From Mobula hypostoma (taxonomy: Eukaryota): 64,000 nucleotides of DNA. The DNA is taken from assembly GCF_963921235.1 (NCBI RefSeq), contig NC_086097.1, positions 255,752,001 to 255,816,000 on the forward strand. The letters are read 5' to 3'. Positions 11,826 to 24,034 of the stretch are shown here, one piece after another (the first letter of the stretch is position 1; each line of letters opens with the position of its first letter). Position numbers and translations under genes: made by a program. The notes under the pieces were generated by a model, which did no database searches, was not told the origin of the DNA, and saw only the letters and a program-made list of their open reading frames with translations.

Positions 11826-14800
11826 TGTAGAGAAGATGTAGCTCATTCAGGTTCACCAATTCAGTACAGAAGGCATCGATTCACGGTAGTTTGGTGTTTG
11901 AGTAGCAGCCAAGCAATCAGAAGTGTGAGAAGACGTAGCTCACTCAGGTTCATCGAATGAGGTCATATGGCATCAATTTGCAGCAGTTTGGTGTTTGAGT
12001 AGTGCCCAATCAGCAATCAGGATTGAATAGCAAGAATAAATAAAATAAGGCAGGGAAAGCAAAGTGGCCATTATGGGGCGGCCTTTATTGGAGACAACAG
12101 CATTCAAGAAGATGTTTGAGGCTTTAGCTCTTCAAGGCTTCAGTGAGGAGCAGACAGAAGTCAAGAAAGTTGTAGGTAGATTTTATTCTGCAGTTTATTT
12201 ATTGTTTTCTTCCTTATATTTGCTCAGTTAGAACAGTAGAGATGCCAGGCGATATAGTTGAATGCTCTTCTTGTGGGATGTGGGGAGACCGGGAGACCTC
12301 CAGTGTCCCTGATGACCACCTGCAAGAAGTGCATCCAGCTGAAGAATCAGAATCCGCTTTATTATCACCGGCATGTGTCGTGAAATTTGTTAATTTGGCT
12401 TCTAACACTCCGCGTTAGAGGGTTGGAGCTGGAAATAGATGAACTCTGGATCATTTGGGAGTCTGAGAGGATGATGGATAGGACATTTAGAGTGATAGTT
12501 ACATCCAAGGTGCAGGACTTTGATGTAACTATCATCTTGTAACTTGTAACTTGGGTGTGAGGAGAAGGCAGCAGGGGAGTGGGGATGACTGGAAGGATTG
12601 GATCAGCCCATGATTGAATGGTGGAGCTGAATGGCCTACTTCTGCTCCTATATCTTATGGTCTTTTGGTCTTATGGAGTCAGGAATTAGTGACAATCAGG
12701 AAGGGGAAAGGGGTTAATGAGCCAGTGCAGAGTACCCCTGTGGCCATTCCCCTCAACAACAGGTAGACCACTTTAGATACTGTTTGGGGGGAGTGGGGAT
12801 GACCTAGCAGAGAAAAGCCATAGGTGTGAGGTCTCTGGATCTGAGTCTGGCTCAGTGACTCTCAAGGGAAGGGGAGAGAAGAGATGAACTGTGGAGGTAG
12901 GATAACAGAAAGGAGGTTCTGTGGACAAGAATGAGATATCCGGATAGTATGTTGCCTTCCAGATACCAGGGTCCAGATCATCTCTGTTAGAATCCACAGC
13001 ATTCTTAAGTGGGAGGGTGAGTAGTCAGAGGCCATGTAGGTACTGATGACATAGGTAGGAAGAGTGACGAGGTTCTGTAAAAGGAGTTCATGGAGTTAGA
13101 TGCTAAGTTAGAGGACAGGACCTCCAGAATTGTGATCTCAGGGTTGCTATGCGTGCATTGTGCTGCTGAGACCAGAAATAGATCAAACAGTTTAGCACAT
13201 GGCTAAGGAGTTGGTGCAGGAGGGAAGGCATCAGAGTTTTAGGTTATGAGCCTCTCTTCCAAGGAAGGTGGGGTCAGTACAAAAGAGACAGTTTGTAACT
13301 GAGCTGGAAGGGATGAATATCCAAGCAGGAAGGTTTCCAAAGTGCTGTGCAGGGGTTGGGAGCTAATCAGGAGTTGCAGGGGGATGGGAACCAGAGTTGC
13401 AGAATAGATAGTGGAGAGGCTGTGGAGACAGATGTTGTTAAGATCTCAGACAAAGTCAGGAATTAAAAGGTTGAGCATGGTGCAATCAATGTTCAGAGCT
13501 GTGTATATTTTAATGCAAGAATGACCGTAGGGAAGGTAGATGAGCTCAGAACATTGATCAACACCTGGAATTATGACGTTGTAGCCATGGGTGAGACTTG
13601 GTTGCAAGAGGGACAGGACTGGCAGCTCAAAATTCCAGGGTTCCTTTGTTTTAGATGCAACAGAGCAAGAGGGATTAAAGGGTGAAGGGTGGCAGTACTA
13701 GTCAGCGAAAATGTCACAGTTGTTCTCAGGCAGGACACACTGCAAAATCTCATATAGTGAGGCTTTATGGTTAAAACTGAGGAATAAGAGAGACATGACC
13801 ATGTTAGTGGGGCTATATTTTAGACCACCCAACAGTCCGCGGGATTTAGAGGGGCAAATTTGTGGAGAGATTGCAGACTGTTGCAGGAAATATAAGGTTG
13901 TGATAGTAGGTGATTTTATCTTTCTGCATACTGACTGGGACTCCCGTGTTGTAAAGGACAAGGTGGGATAGAGTTTGTCAAATGTGTTCAGGAAATAGAA
14001 TCAGTACATAGAATAGAAGTCCCAATGAGAAAGTTAGTGATACTTGATCTCTATTAGGGAATGAGATGACAGGTGAAAGAAGTTTGTGTAGGGGAACACT
14101 TTGCATCATGCGATTATAATCCCATTAATGGGAGGCCTTCAAAAGTGAATTTTGGTAGTACAAAGCTCGCAGGAGCACAGGTCCATGGTGCAGAAGGGAA
14201 GGCGGTGAAGAAGGGAGCGGTAGTGATAGGGGATTCAATAGTCAGGTGAACAGACAGCAGATTCTGTGGACATGAATGGGACACTCAGGTATGTTGAGGA
14301 AACAGAGAGCCTGCAGAGAGACTTAGATAGTTTAGGGGAATGGGCAAAGAAGTGGCAAACGAAATACAATGTTGGAAAGTGTATGGTCATGCACTTTGGT
14401 GGAAGAAATAAACGGGCAAACTATTATTTCGATGGGGAGAGAATTCAAAATGCAGAGATACAAAGGGACTTGGGAGTCCTTGTGCAAGGTACCCTAAAGG
14501 TTAACCTCCAGGTTGAGTCGGTGGTGAAGAAGGCGAATGCAATGTTCCTCATTTTGAGAGGAATAGAATATAAGAGCAGGGATGTGATGGTGAGGATCTA
14601 TAAGGCACTCGTGAGACCACACTTGGAGTACTGTATGCAGTTTTGGGCTCCTTATCTTAGAAAGAATATACTGAAATTGGAGAGGGATCAGAGAAGATTC
14701 ACGAGAATGATTGCACGAATGAAAGGGTTACCTTATAAAGAACGTCTAGTAGCTCTTGGGCTGTATTCCCTGGATTTCAGGAGAATGATGGGGAATCGCA

Positions 14801-17318
14801 CAGAAAGATTCCAAATGTTAAAAGACCTGAACAGATTAGCTATGGCAAAGTTATTTCCCATAGTAGGAGATTCTAAAATAAGAGGGCACATCTTCAGGAT
14901 TGAAGGATGTCCATTTAGAACTGAGATGCGGAGAAATTACTTTAGTCAGAGGGTGGTAAATCTGTGGAATTTGTTGCCACCAGTGGCTGTGGAGGCCAAG
15001 TCGTTGGGTGCATTTAAGGAAGAGATAGATCGGTTCTTGATTAGCCAGGACATCAAAGGGTATGGGGTGAAAGCAGGGGAGTGTGGATGACTGGATGAGT
15101 TGGATCAGCCCATGATTGAATACGGAGCAGAATTAATGGGCCGAATGGCCTACTTCTGCTGCTATATCTTATGGTCATGGTATATTGCTTCCCAGGAGCC
15201 AGGGTCAGGGACATCTCGGATCACATCCACAACACTTTGGAGAGGGAGGCAGGGCAGGTAGATGTCTTGGTACATGTTGTTATCAATGACATGGGAAGGA
15301 AAAGCAGAGAGGTCCTGAAAAGAGGATTTAGAGATCTAGGTAGAAAGCTGAGAAGCAGGACCTCCCAGGTAGTAACTTCTGGATTGCTGCCTGTGCCATG
15401 CGTCAGTGACGGTAGAAACAGGATGATTTGGCAAATTAATGCGAGATTGAGAAGCTGGTGCAATGGGCAGGGCTTCAGGGTCTTGGATCATTGGGATGTC
15501 TTCTGGGGGAGGTATGACCTGTTCAAAAGTGATGGGTTGCACCTGAACCTGAAGGGGGCAAATATTAAGACCATAGGACATAGGAACATGAGAGGGTACA
15601 GTTTTAAAGTGCTTGGAAGTAGATACAGAGGAGATGTCAGGGGTAAGATTGGGTGAGTGCCTCAAATGGGCTGCCAGCGACTGTGGATACGGTATACAAT
15701 AGGGTCTTTTGATACAACAGGGTCTTTTAAGAGACTCCTGGATACAATAGGGTCTTTTAATTTCTAATTTCTCTGCATCTCTGTTTTGAATGGATGTTCC
15801 TCTATCCTGAGGCTGTGGCCTCTTGTCCTAGACTCTCCTACCATAGTAAACATACTTTGAGTATTGTGAACAGTTTTGGGCTCCTCATCGAAGAAAAGAT
15901 GTGCTGGCATTGGAGAGGATTCAGAAGATGTTCAGAGTAGTGCTGTACTATTCTGTGTTCTATGTTCTAAAGGGTGGTGATTTTGAGGAATTTGTTGCCA
16001 CGTACATCTGTGGAGGCCAGGTCATTGGGTGTATTTAAGGCAGAAATTGATAGGTTCTTGACTGGACATTGCATCAAAGGTTACGGGGAGAAGGCTGGGT
16101 ACTGGGGTTGAGGAGGAGATAGAAGAAAGGATCAGCCATGATTGAATGGCAGAGCAGACTCTATGGGCCAGATGGCCTAATTCTGCTCCTATGTTTTATG
16201 GTCTTATGGCCGCAGCATCACATCCCTACGATCTGGTATTCAAGGCCTCTTGAAATGAATGCAAACATTGCATTTGCCTTCCTCACCACCTACTCTACCT
16301 GCAAGTTGGGTGTTCTGCGCAAGGACTCTCAAGTTCTTTTCCATCTCGGATTTTCGATTTTCTCCCCATTTAGAAAACAGCCTGGGCATTTATTTCTACT
16401 GTCAAGGTGCTTGACCATGCATTTTCCAACATACTATTTCACTTGTCACTCTCTGTTAAGGTTCCTTTTCTTCTCTGCCTTGCTCTACTTAGGTTAGTAA
16501 ATAACCGTTGCATGTTCTTCATACCAGATGTTGGAGTCTCCCAGGGAACTAGATCTGTGTGAAGTACATCCAGCTGCAGTTCCTTTAAGACAGCGTTTGG
16601 GATCTGGAGTTACAGCTGGATGACCTTTGGCTTCTACAGGAGAGTGAGAAGATCATCGATCAGAATTACAACAAAGTAGTCACCCCGGAGGTGCAGAATA
16701 CGAGTAGCTAGGTGACCATCAGGAGAATTGGAAATGTGAATAGGCAGTTTGGGCAGGGCACTCTGTGGCCATTCCCCTCAATGATAAGAACATTTTGGAT
16801 ACGGTTGTGGGGGGGTAATCTCCCAGGGGAATGCCGTGGAGCATGGGTCCATGATGAGAAGGTAAAGAGGCAGAAGAAGGGAACGGTAGTAATAGGGGAC
16901 TCAATAGTCAAAGGAACAGACAGGAGATTCTGTGGCCATGAACGGGACACCCGGATGGTATGTTGCCTCCCAGGTGCGAGGGTCAGGGACAACCTGAGGA
17001 GGGGAATCTCTTAGGCTAAACACACATACAAACAGAGAATCGAGGAGCATTTCAACTCCTCGGACCCCAGCGCATGTGACATGGCACACAGGTCATTACA
17101 GACTTCAAACCACCTAGTACTGTGCCCCCTTCCAGCTCTGCTTCCCTCCCTGATGAGCTCAATTACTTCTACACTCGCTTTGACCGAGAGAACAAGGAGG
17201 TCACCCTCAAAGCGGATCTCCCACCTGCTGAACCGCCTCTCTCACTTTCCACCTCTGATGTTTGCGTCACCCTGAGCAGGGTGAATGTACGGAAGGCAGC
17301 TGGTCCGGATGGAATACC

Positions 17319-17777
17319 TGTTAAAACTCATTGCAGGAAAGAATTGATCGCACACTGCATAGAATTAAAAGTATATTTATGAACACTAACAAAACTAAAG
17401 AGTCAGTAGAGAGAAAAAATAAAAATAAAAAGGGACCATTATAATTAAACAGTCAAACGTGCACAGGTTGGAGCTGAAATCTTCCAAAAATCATATTCAC
17501 TGATTCCCCAGTAAACTCCCGATCCTTGGCTCCATCGAATCACAATCCCCACCAGATGGAATTGGGTCTACTCTCTTCATCTCCACAGCCAAACCAAGGC
17601 CAAGATTCTCACCAGAATCCAGCACAAAACGAAACCCACTCCCCCAGCCTTCTCTCCCGATTGGATAGCTACATTCCTAAGCATCTCTAACAATACCCCA
17701 AACACTGCTACTACAAAAAGACCATTACATGAAATACCTTACACTGTTAGCAGTGAAACATTTACCAAGGCATTACA
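17319..17777. mobile_element. Possible solo LTR
   Basis: About 460 bp of non-LINE sequence with TGTTA...TTACA termini between LINE fragments. No matching target-site duplication. Confidence 0.3.
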
Positions 17778-19314
17778 TAAGAAATAAGGTGGATATCCTG
17801 TTGCAATATTACAGATTGTCAGGTATGATGTTGTTGTGGCCATCACTAAATCATGGCTGAAGGACCCATCTACAACCACTCTTTGCTTTCTGTGGGCAAA
17901 CCAGTTCTGGATCCACAAAGCAATGGCCCCTTGGATCCCATGCCTCCTTACTTTCTGAATAAGCCTTGCGTGGTTGTACCTTGTCAAATGCCTTGCTGAC
18001 ATCCATATACACTACATCTACGGCTCTACCTTCATCAATATGTTCAGTCACATCCTCAAAAAATTCAGTCAGACTCGTCAGGCATGACCTGCCTCTGACA
18101 AAGCCAAGCTGACTATTCCTAATCATGTTATGTCTCTCCAAATGTTCATAAATCCTGCCTCTTAGGATCTTCTCCATCAACTTACCAACCACTGAAGTAA
18201 CACTCACTGGTCTATAATTTCCTGGGCTATCCCTATTCCCTTTCTTGAATAGGGGAACAGCACCCACAACCCTTCAATCCTCTGGAACCTCTCTGGTCCC
18301 CATTGATGATGCAAAGATCATCGCCAGAGGCTCAGCGATCTCCTCCCTTGCCTCCCACAGTAGCCTGGGGTACATCTCGTCCGGTCCTGGCAACTTATCC
18401 AACTTGATGCTTTCCAAAAGCTCCAGCACATCCTCTTTCTTGATATCTACATGCTCAAGGTAGTTGGTTTACAAACAGAGCCAATGGGTAGTGAGACTTT
18501 TAGCGAGGAGAGGCTGATGATAGGGCAAACTTGCAGACAACCGAATGAGTTGCAACGTAAAAACAGACAAAATGGAAAAGGCAGAAGGCAGGCTTAAGGC
18601 ATTATATTTGAATGTGCGCAGTACGCGCAATAAGGTTGATTCACTTTTAGCACAGTTACAGTTTGACAAGTACTATGTCATAGGCATCACTGTATTTTGG
18701 CTGAACGGAGATTGTAGCTGGGAGCAGAATGTCCAAGGATACACATTGTATCTTTGGACAGTAAGGGTAGGCAGGAAGGCAGAGGGGGTGGCGTGGCTTT
18801 GTTGGTAAAAAATGAAATTAAATCATTAGAAAGAGGTGACATACAGTCAGAATGTGTTGAATCATTGTGGATAGGGTGGATGAATCCCCAGGGCCTGGCA
18901 AGGTGTTTTCTTGAACCTTGTGGAAGCCAAGTGAAAAAGTTGCAGAGACATTTAAATCATCCTTAATGACAAGTGAGGTACCAGAGGATTGGATAGCTAA
19001 TGTTGTTTTGTTGTTTAAGAAAGGCTCTAAAAATAAACCAGGAAATTATAGGCTTGTGAGCCTGACATCAGTAGTGGGAAAGTTGTTGGAAGGTATCCCA
19101 AGGGATCGGATATATATGTATTTGGATGTACAGGGATTGATTAGGGATAGTCAGCATGGCTTTGTGCATTGTAAGTCATGTTTAACCAAGGAGGTTACCA
19201 GGACAGCTGATGACAGCAAGGCAGTGGATGTTGTCTACATGCACTTTAGTAAGACATTTGACAAAGACATGCATGGGAGGTTGGTCAGGAAGGTCCAGCT
19301 GCTCAGCATTCAAG

Positions 19315-19445
19315 ATGATGTAAGGGTTTTGGCCCAAAATGTCAACTGTACTTTTTTTGATAGGTGCTGCATGGCCTGCATAGTTCCTCCAGCATTTTGT
19401 GTCTGTTGCTCAGATTTCCAGCATCTGCAGATTTTCTCTTGTTTG
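19315..19445 (+). mobile_element. Older copy of the hammerhead-bearing short element, inserted in a CR1
   Basis: AAGGGTTTTGGCCCAAAATGTCAACTGTAC...TTTCCAGCATCTGCAGATTTTCTCTTGTTTG aligns by eye with the 61.3 kb copy. The core is mutated. Confidence 0.7.
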
Positions 19446-20221
19446 ACAGTTGGATTATATACTGGCTTTGTGGGAGAAGCTAAAAGGTGGTAGTAAATTG
19501 TTGTCTTTCTTACTGGAGGCTTGTGACTAGTGGAATGATGCAAGGATCAGTGCTGGGTCTATTGTTGTTTGTCATCTATACCAATGATCTGGATCATAAT
19601 GTGGTTAACTGGATCAGCAAATTTGCGGATAACACCAAGGTTGGGGGCATAGTTGACAGCGAGAAAGTCTATCAGAACTTGCATGGGATCTGGACTGTCT
19701 GGAAAAATGGGCTGAGGGATCTGTGAATATGGGTCCATTATTCATTGAAAGTGACAGCACAGGTAAAGAAAGCCTTTGGCACATTGCCTTTCATAAATCA
19801 AAGTAGTAAGTACAGGAAATGAAATGTTGTGTTGAAGTTGTAGAAGATGTTGGTGAAGCCCAATTTGGAATATTGCGTGCACTTTAGGTTACCTACCCAC
19901 TATAAGTAAGTTTGAAAGACTGCAGAGAAAATTTACAAGAATGTTGCCAAGACTGCAAGACCTGAATTACAAGGAAAGATTGAACAGGTTTGGACATTAT
20001 TCCTTGGAACGAAGAAGATTGAGGGGAGATTTGATTGAGGTATACAAATTAGAACAGATAAATGCAAGCAGGCTTTTCCCACTGAAGTTGGGTCGTACTA
20101 CAACTAGAGGTCATGGGTTAAGGATGAAATTTGAAAAGTTTAGAGGAACATGAAGGGAAGCATCTTCACTCAGATGGTTGAGAGCATGTGAAATGAGTTT
20201 CTAGCGCAAGTGATGCATGCA

Positions 20222-20510
20222 ACCGGCCATCAAGACTGTCAAAATCTGCAGAACTCTGACAAGCTCTCCAAGATGTTTGGAACAACCTACCAGCCAATTT
20301 TTTCATAGAACTGCATGACAGTGTACTTCAGAGAATTGATATGGTTTTAAAAGCAAAGGGTGGTCACACCAAATATTGATTTGATATTGTTTTTTCCACC
20401 TGCTGATCTTTATCACAATTCTCTGATCTTTAGAAACTTTTCATTTCTTTATATTTGAAAGCATCTTCACTTTACAGAATGTTTTTACCGGTTCCTAAGA
20501 CTTTTGCACA
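20222..20510 (+). mobile_element. Tc1/mariner transposon, right part
   Basis: KAKGGHTKY* at 20350-20379. GGTTCCTAAGACTTTTGCA (20490-20508) is the inverse of the 10851 TIR (17/19). Confidence 0.8.
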
Positions 20511-20614
20511 CGAGGAAGGCAATGTGTCCCATCAGGTTTATCCTGGCCAAAAAAAAACTCTAACCTTATCCCATTTTGCAGAACTCTACCCTACATTCTA
20601 TTGAAAATAAAAAA

Positions 20615-20705
20615 AAATTAGATGCTGGAAATCTAAAATAAATACAAAAGAAGTGCTGGAACTCCTCAGCAGGCAGACCACAGGCTGAAGATCCTTCTTC
20701 AGAAT
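20615..20705 (-). mobile_element. Diverged fragment of the hammerhead-bearing element
   Basis: Minus strand CTGAAGAAGGATCTTCAGCCT (GAAA lost) followed by CTGCCTGCTGAG...TTCCAGCATCT. Confidence 0.5.
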
Positions 20706-21097
20706 TGGAAACTGATAAAGCTGTAGGAAAGGTAGAATAGAGAGAGAGGATGTATCTAAATGAAAATGTTTCAGAGACGTTTTCCCTCCACTGTTGTAAA
20801 GAACTTGACCATATCTTATCCATTTCCTCTACTTCTGCCTTCACCCCTCTCCTCTTAGACAGAACAAAAATAGATTTCCCTATTCTATTCTTTCCATTCC
20901 ACCAGCCTCTACAGTAAACCAATTGTTTTCTGTAATTTATACACCTTAAAAAAGACACTTCCTTCCTCTTTCACCAGCAGATATATCGTTCTTTTTTCAG
21001 TATTCTGTAGGGACCTTGCCCTCCGGAACTCCCTCGTGCAGGCTGTACTTCTTACAGTACTTCCACCTTACAACTCAAAACTTGTGCTTTCTCAGAC

Positions 21098-21161
21098 ACG
21101 TGCACACACACACACACGCACACACACACACACACACCCCACACACACATGCACACACGCG

Positions 21162-21192
<31 letters not shown>

Positions 21193-21535
21193 ACGCGCAC
21201 ACACACACACCCCACACACACATGCACACACACGCACACACACACACACACACAGACACACACACGCATGCACACACACACATGCACACACATGCACACA
21301 TGCACACACACACACATGCACACACGCACACACACACACACGCGCACACACACACAGACACACACACATGCACACGCACACACACGCATGCACACACACG
21401 CATACACACGCACACACACACACATGCACACATGCACACACACACACACACATGCACACACACGCATGCACACACACACACTCACACGCATACACACACA
21501 CACGCACAGATATATACTGACACATACACACAAAT
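21098..21535. repeat. Imperfect (CA)n/(TG)n microsatellite, about 440 bp
   Basis: CA repeats interrupted by CG, TG and GA dinucleotides; purine-pyrimidine alternation is mostly preserved. Confidence 0.97.
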
Positions 21536-21889
21536 ATGCATAGGAACTGCAAGGTTAAAAAAAATATTATGGGAATCACAGATAGGACCCCAAATAGTAG
21601 GACTGAGGTGCTGTATTTAAATGCGCATAGCATGCAGAATAAGGTGGATGAACTCATGGCGTAATTATAGATTGGTCGGTATCACTGAGTTGTGGCTGAA
21701 AGAAGGCCATAGTTGGGAGCCTAACATCGGATATACTTCGTATCGAAAGGACAGGCAGGAAGACGTAGGCAGTGAAGTGGCTCTTTTGGAAAGAGACGGA
21801 ATTACATCTTTAGAAAGAGATGACATAGGATCAGAGAAAATTGAAACTTTGTGTGTGGATGTAAGAAATTGCAAGGGTAAAAAAATACC

Positions 21890-22585
21890 TAGAAACATAG
21901 AACACAGAAACGTAGAAAACCTACAGCACAATACAGGCCCTTCGGCCCAGAACACTGTGCCAAACATGTCCTTACCTTAGAAATTACCTAGGGTTACCCA
22001 TAGCCCTCTATTTTTCTAAGCTCCATGTACCTATCCAGGAGTTTCTTAAAAGACCCTATCATTTCCGCCTCCACCACCATCGCCAGCAGCCCATTTCATG
22101 CACTGACAACTCTCTGCGTAAAAAAACTTACCCCTGACATCTTCTCTGTACCTGCTTCCAAGCACCTTAAAACTGTGCCCTCTTGTGCTAGCCATTTCAG
22201 CCCTGGGAAAAAGCTGCTGATTATCCACATGATCAATGCCTCTCATCATCTTATCCTCCATCAGAGGATAGTCAGAGGCTTTTTCCCTGGGCTGAAATAG
22301 CTAACACGAGAGGGCACTATTTTAAGGTGCTTGGATGTAGGTACAGAGGAGATGTCAGGGGCATTTTTTACGCAGAGTGGTGAGTGCGTGGAATGGGCTG
22401 CCGGTGACAGTGGTGGAGGGGGATATGATAGAGTCTTTTAAGAGTCTCTTGGACAGGTACGTGAGCTTAGAAAAATAGAGGGCTATCTGTAACCCTAGGT
22501 AATTTCTAAAATAAGTACATGTTCGGCACAGCATCGTGGGCCGAAGTGCCTGTACAGTATTGTGCTGCAGGTTTTCTATGTTTCT
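21890..22585. repeat. Fold-back pair of CR1 3' ends
   Basis: A minus copy (21890-22260) abuts a plus copy (22262-22585) of the same 3' region. Confidence 0.8.
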
Positions 22586-22714
22586 AGTGTGCACGTGTAT
22601 ATATTTTATTTCCAGCCAACACCAGGAGACTAAAAGGTTTTGCTACTTAGATATATATTGGGGTGCAATAGGAGGGAGGTGGGGAGTGGATCTTCTTCCT
22701 GTGGTCTGTGTACC

Positions 22715-23244
22715 TCCTGTACCTAATAAAGTGGCCACTGAATGTAAATTCTTTGTTTTCTGCTGCTGCAGCGCATCCTCTTCAGGTTTGACGTGCTGTG
22801 TGTTCACAGATGCTCTTCTGCATACCACTGTTATAACACGTGGTTACTTGAGTTACTGTTGCCTTCCTGTCAGCTTGAACCAGTCTGGCCATTCTGTTCC
22901 ATCTTCTTAAAAAGATATTTTTACCCACAGAGCTACTGCTCACTGGATGTTTTTTGTATTCTGCACCATTCTCTATAAACTCGAGAGACTGTTGTGCATG
23001 AAAATTCCAAGAGATCAGCAGTTTCTGAGATACTCAAACCACCCCATCTGGCACAAAAATCATTCCACAATCAAAGTAAGTTACATCACACTTCTTCCCC
23101 ATTCTGACTTTTAGTCTGATCAACAAGTGAATTGCTTGACCATATCTTTATGATTTTATGATCGAGTTGCATGATTGACTTATTAGATATTTGCATTAAT
23201 GAGCAGGTTTACAGGTGTACCTGATAAAGTGATCACTGAGTGTA
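22715..23244 (-). mobile_element. Tc1-like deletion derivative (second family)
   Basis: TIR-like CAGTG(G/A)(C/T)CACTTTAT(T/C)AGGTACA; N-terminal transposase traces such as RMARLVQADRKATVTQ. Confidence 0.75.
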
Positions 23245-23344
23245 TGAATTAACTGAGGTAGAACTGTGAATAAGATTCAGCTAATGGAGTCTGAGGAGCT
23301 GGAGTCAAAATGAAAAAGCAGAAAGACAATATCTGAGAGAATAA

Positions 23345-23469
23345 AGCAACACACATCAAAGTTGCTGGTGAACGCAGCAGGCCAGGCAGCATCTCTAGGA
23401 AGAGGTACAGTCGACGTTTCAGGCCGAGACCCTTCGTCAGGACCCTGCAGGAATCTGCAGAATTCCTGT
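23345..23469 (-). mobile_element. Short hammerhead-bearing element with internal inversion
   Basis: 15-bp direct repeat TATCTGAGAGAATAA at 23330-23344 and 23470-23484. Body is on minus; the terminal piece ATCTGCAGAATTCCTGT is on plus. Confidence 0.8.
23409..23444 (-). ncRNA. Minimal type I hammerhead ribozyme motif (second intact copy)
   Basis: Minus strand reads GGTC-CTGACGA-AGGGTCTCGGCCT-GAAA-CGTC-GACT, with the same core as the 61.3 kb copy. Predicted cleavage after C23413. Confidence 0.72.
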
Positions 23470-24034
23470 TATCTGAGAGAATAACATTGTCGACAAAGAT
23501 CCTGCTCCTTTGCTGGACTGTTCTATCTTCTATATTTTATGTTCTAGATTAGAATTCACAAAGAATGTCACTGGGTTTGATCTTGCTGCTGTTATTGAAA
23601 TATAGTGCCATTACGGTTGAGAATAATAATCACCTCTACCAACTGTGATGCAATCAATCTCTATCACCACCTCAGGAACATAGAAATCTACAATGCATTA
23701 CAGGCCCTTCGGCCCACAATGTTGCGCTGACCATGTAACCTATTCCAGAAACTGCCTAGAATTTCCCTAGCACATAGCCCTCGATTTTTCTGCCACACTC
23801 TTTAAGGGATAGGGTTGCCAGCCTCCCAACTTGCCTCCTTTCACAGCCGGGATTGGGACTGTCCATGGTGGAATTCTTATCCTCCTCCAGTGTACCAAAA
23901 ATACCTTTGTACAATTATGGCCATACTCCTTTTGCCACTGTATTTGATGTATTGAAAGAATGCAGTTTCTTGTGTGACACAGAGTTTATGGACCATGACA
24001 CAAAACAGCTTGGTCTGGGCACACAAAGCTCGCA

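Larger units (their letters stand above)
11825..20220. mobile_element. Stack of nested decayed CR1 elements (ORF1, endonuclease and RT pieces on both strands)
   Basis: Repeated IGDSIV, CCLPGA, DHWD..WG, YRPP and NYR.VSLTS motifs. The CR1 3' end at 14287-15178 is inserted into an ORF1 fragment. Confidence 0.85.

Noticed and set aside
21016..21657. Six His/Thr- or Cys/Val-rich ORFs
   Set aside because: These are translations of the (CA)n microsatellite, not genes.
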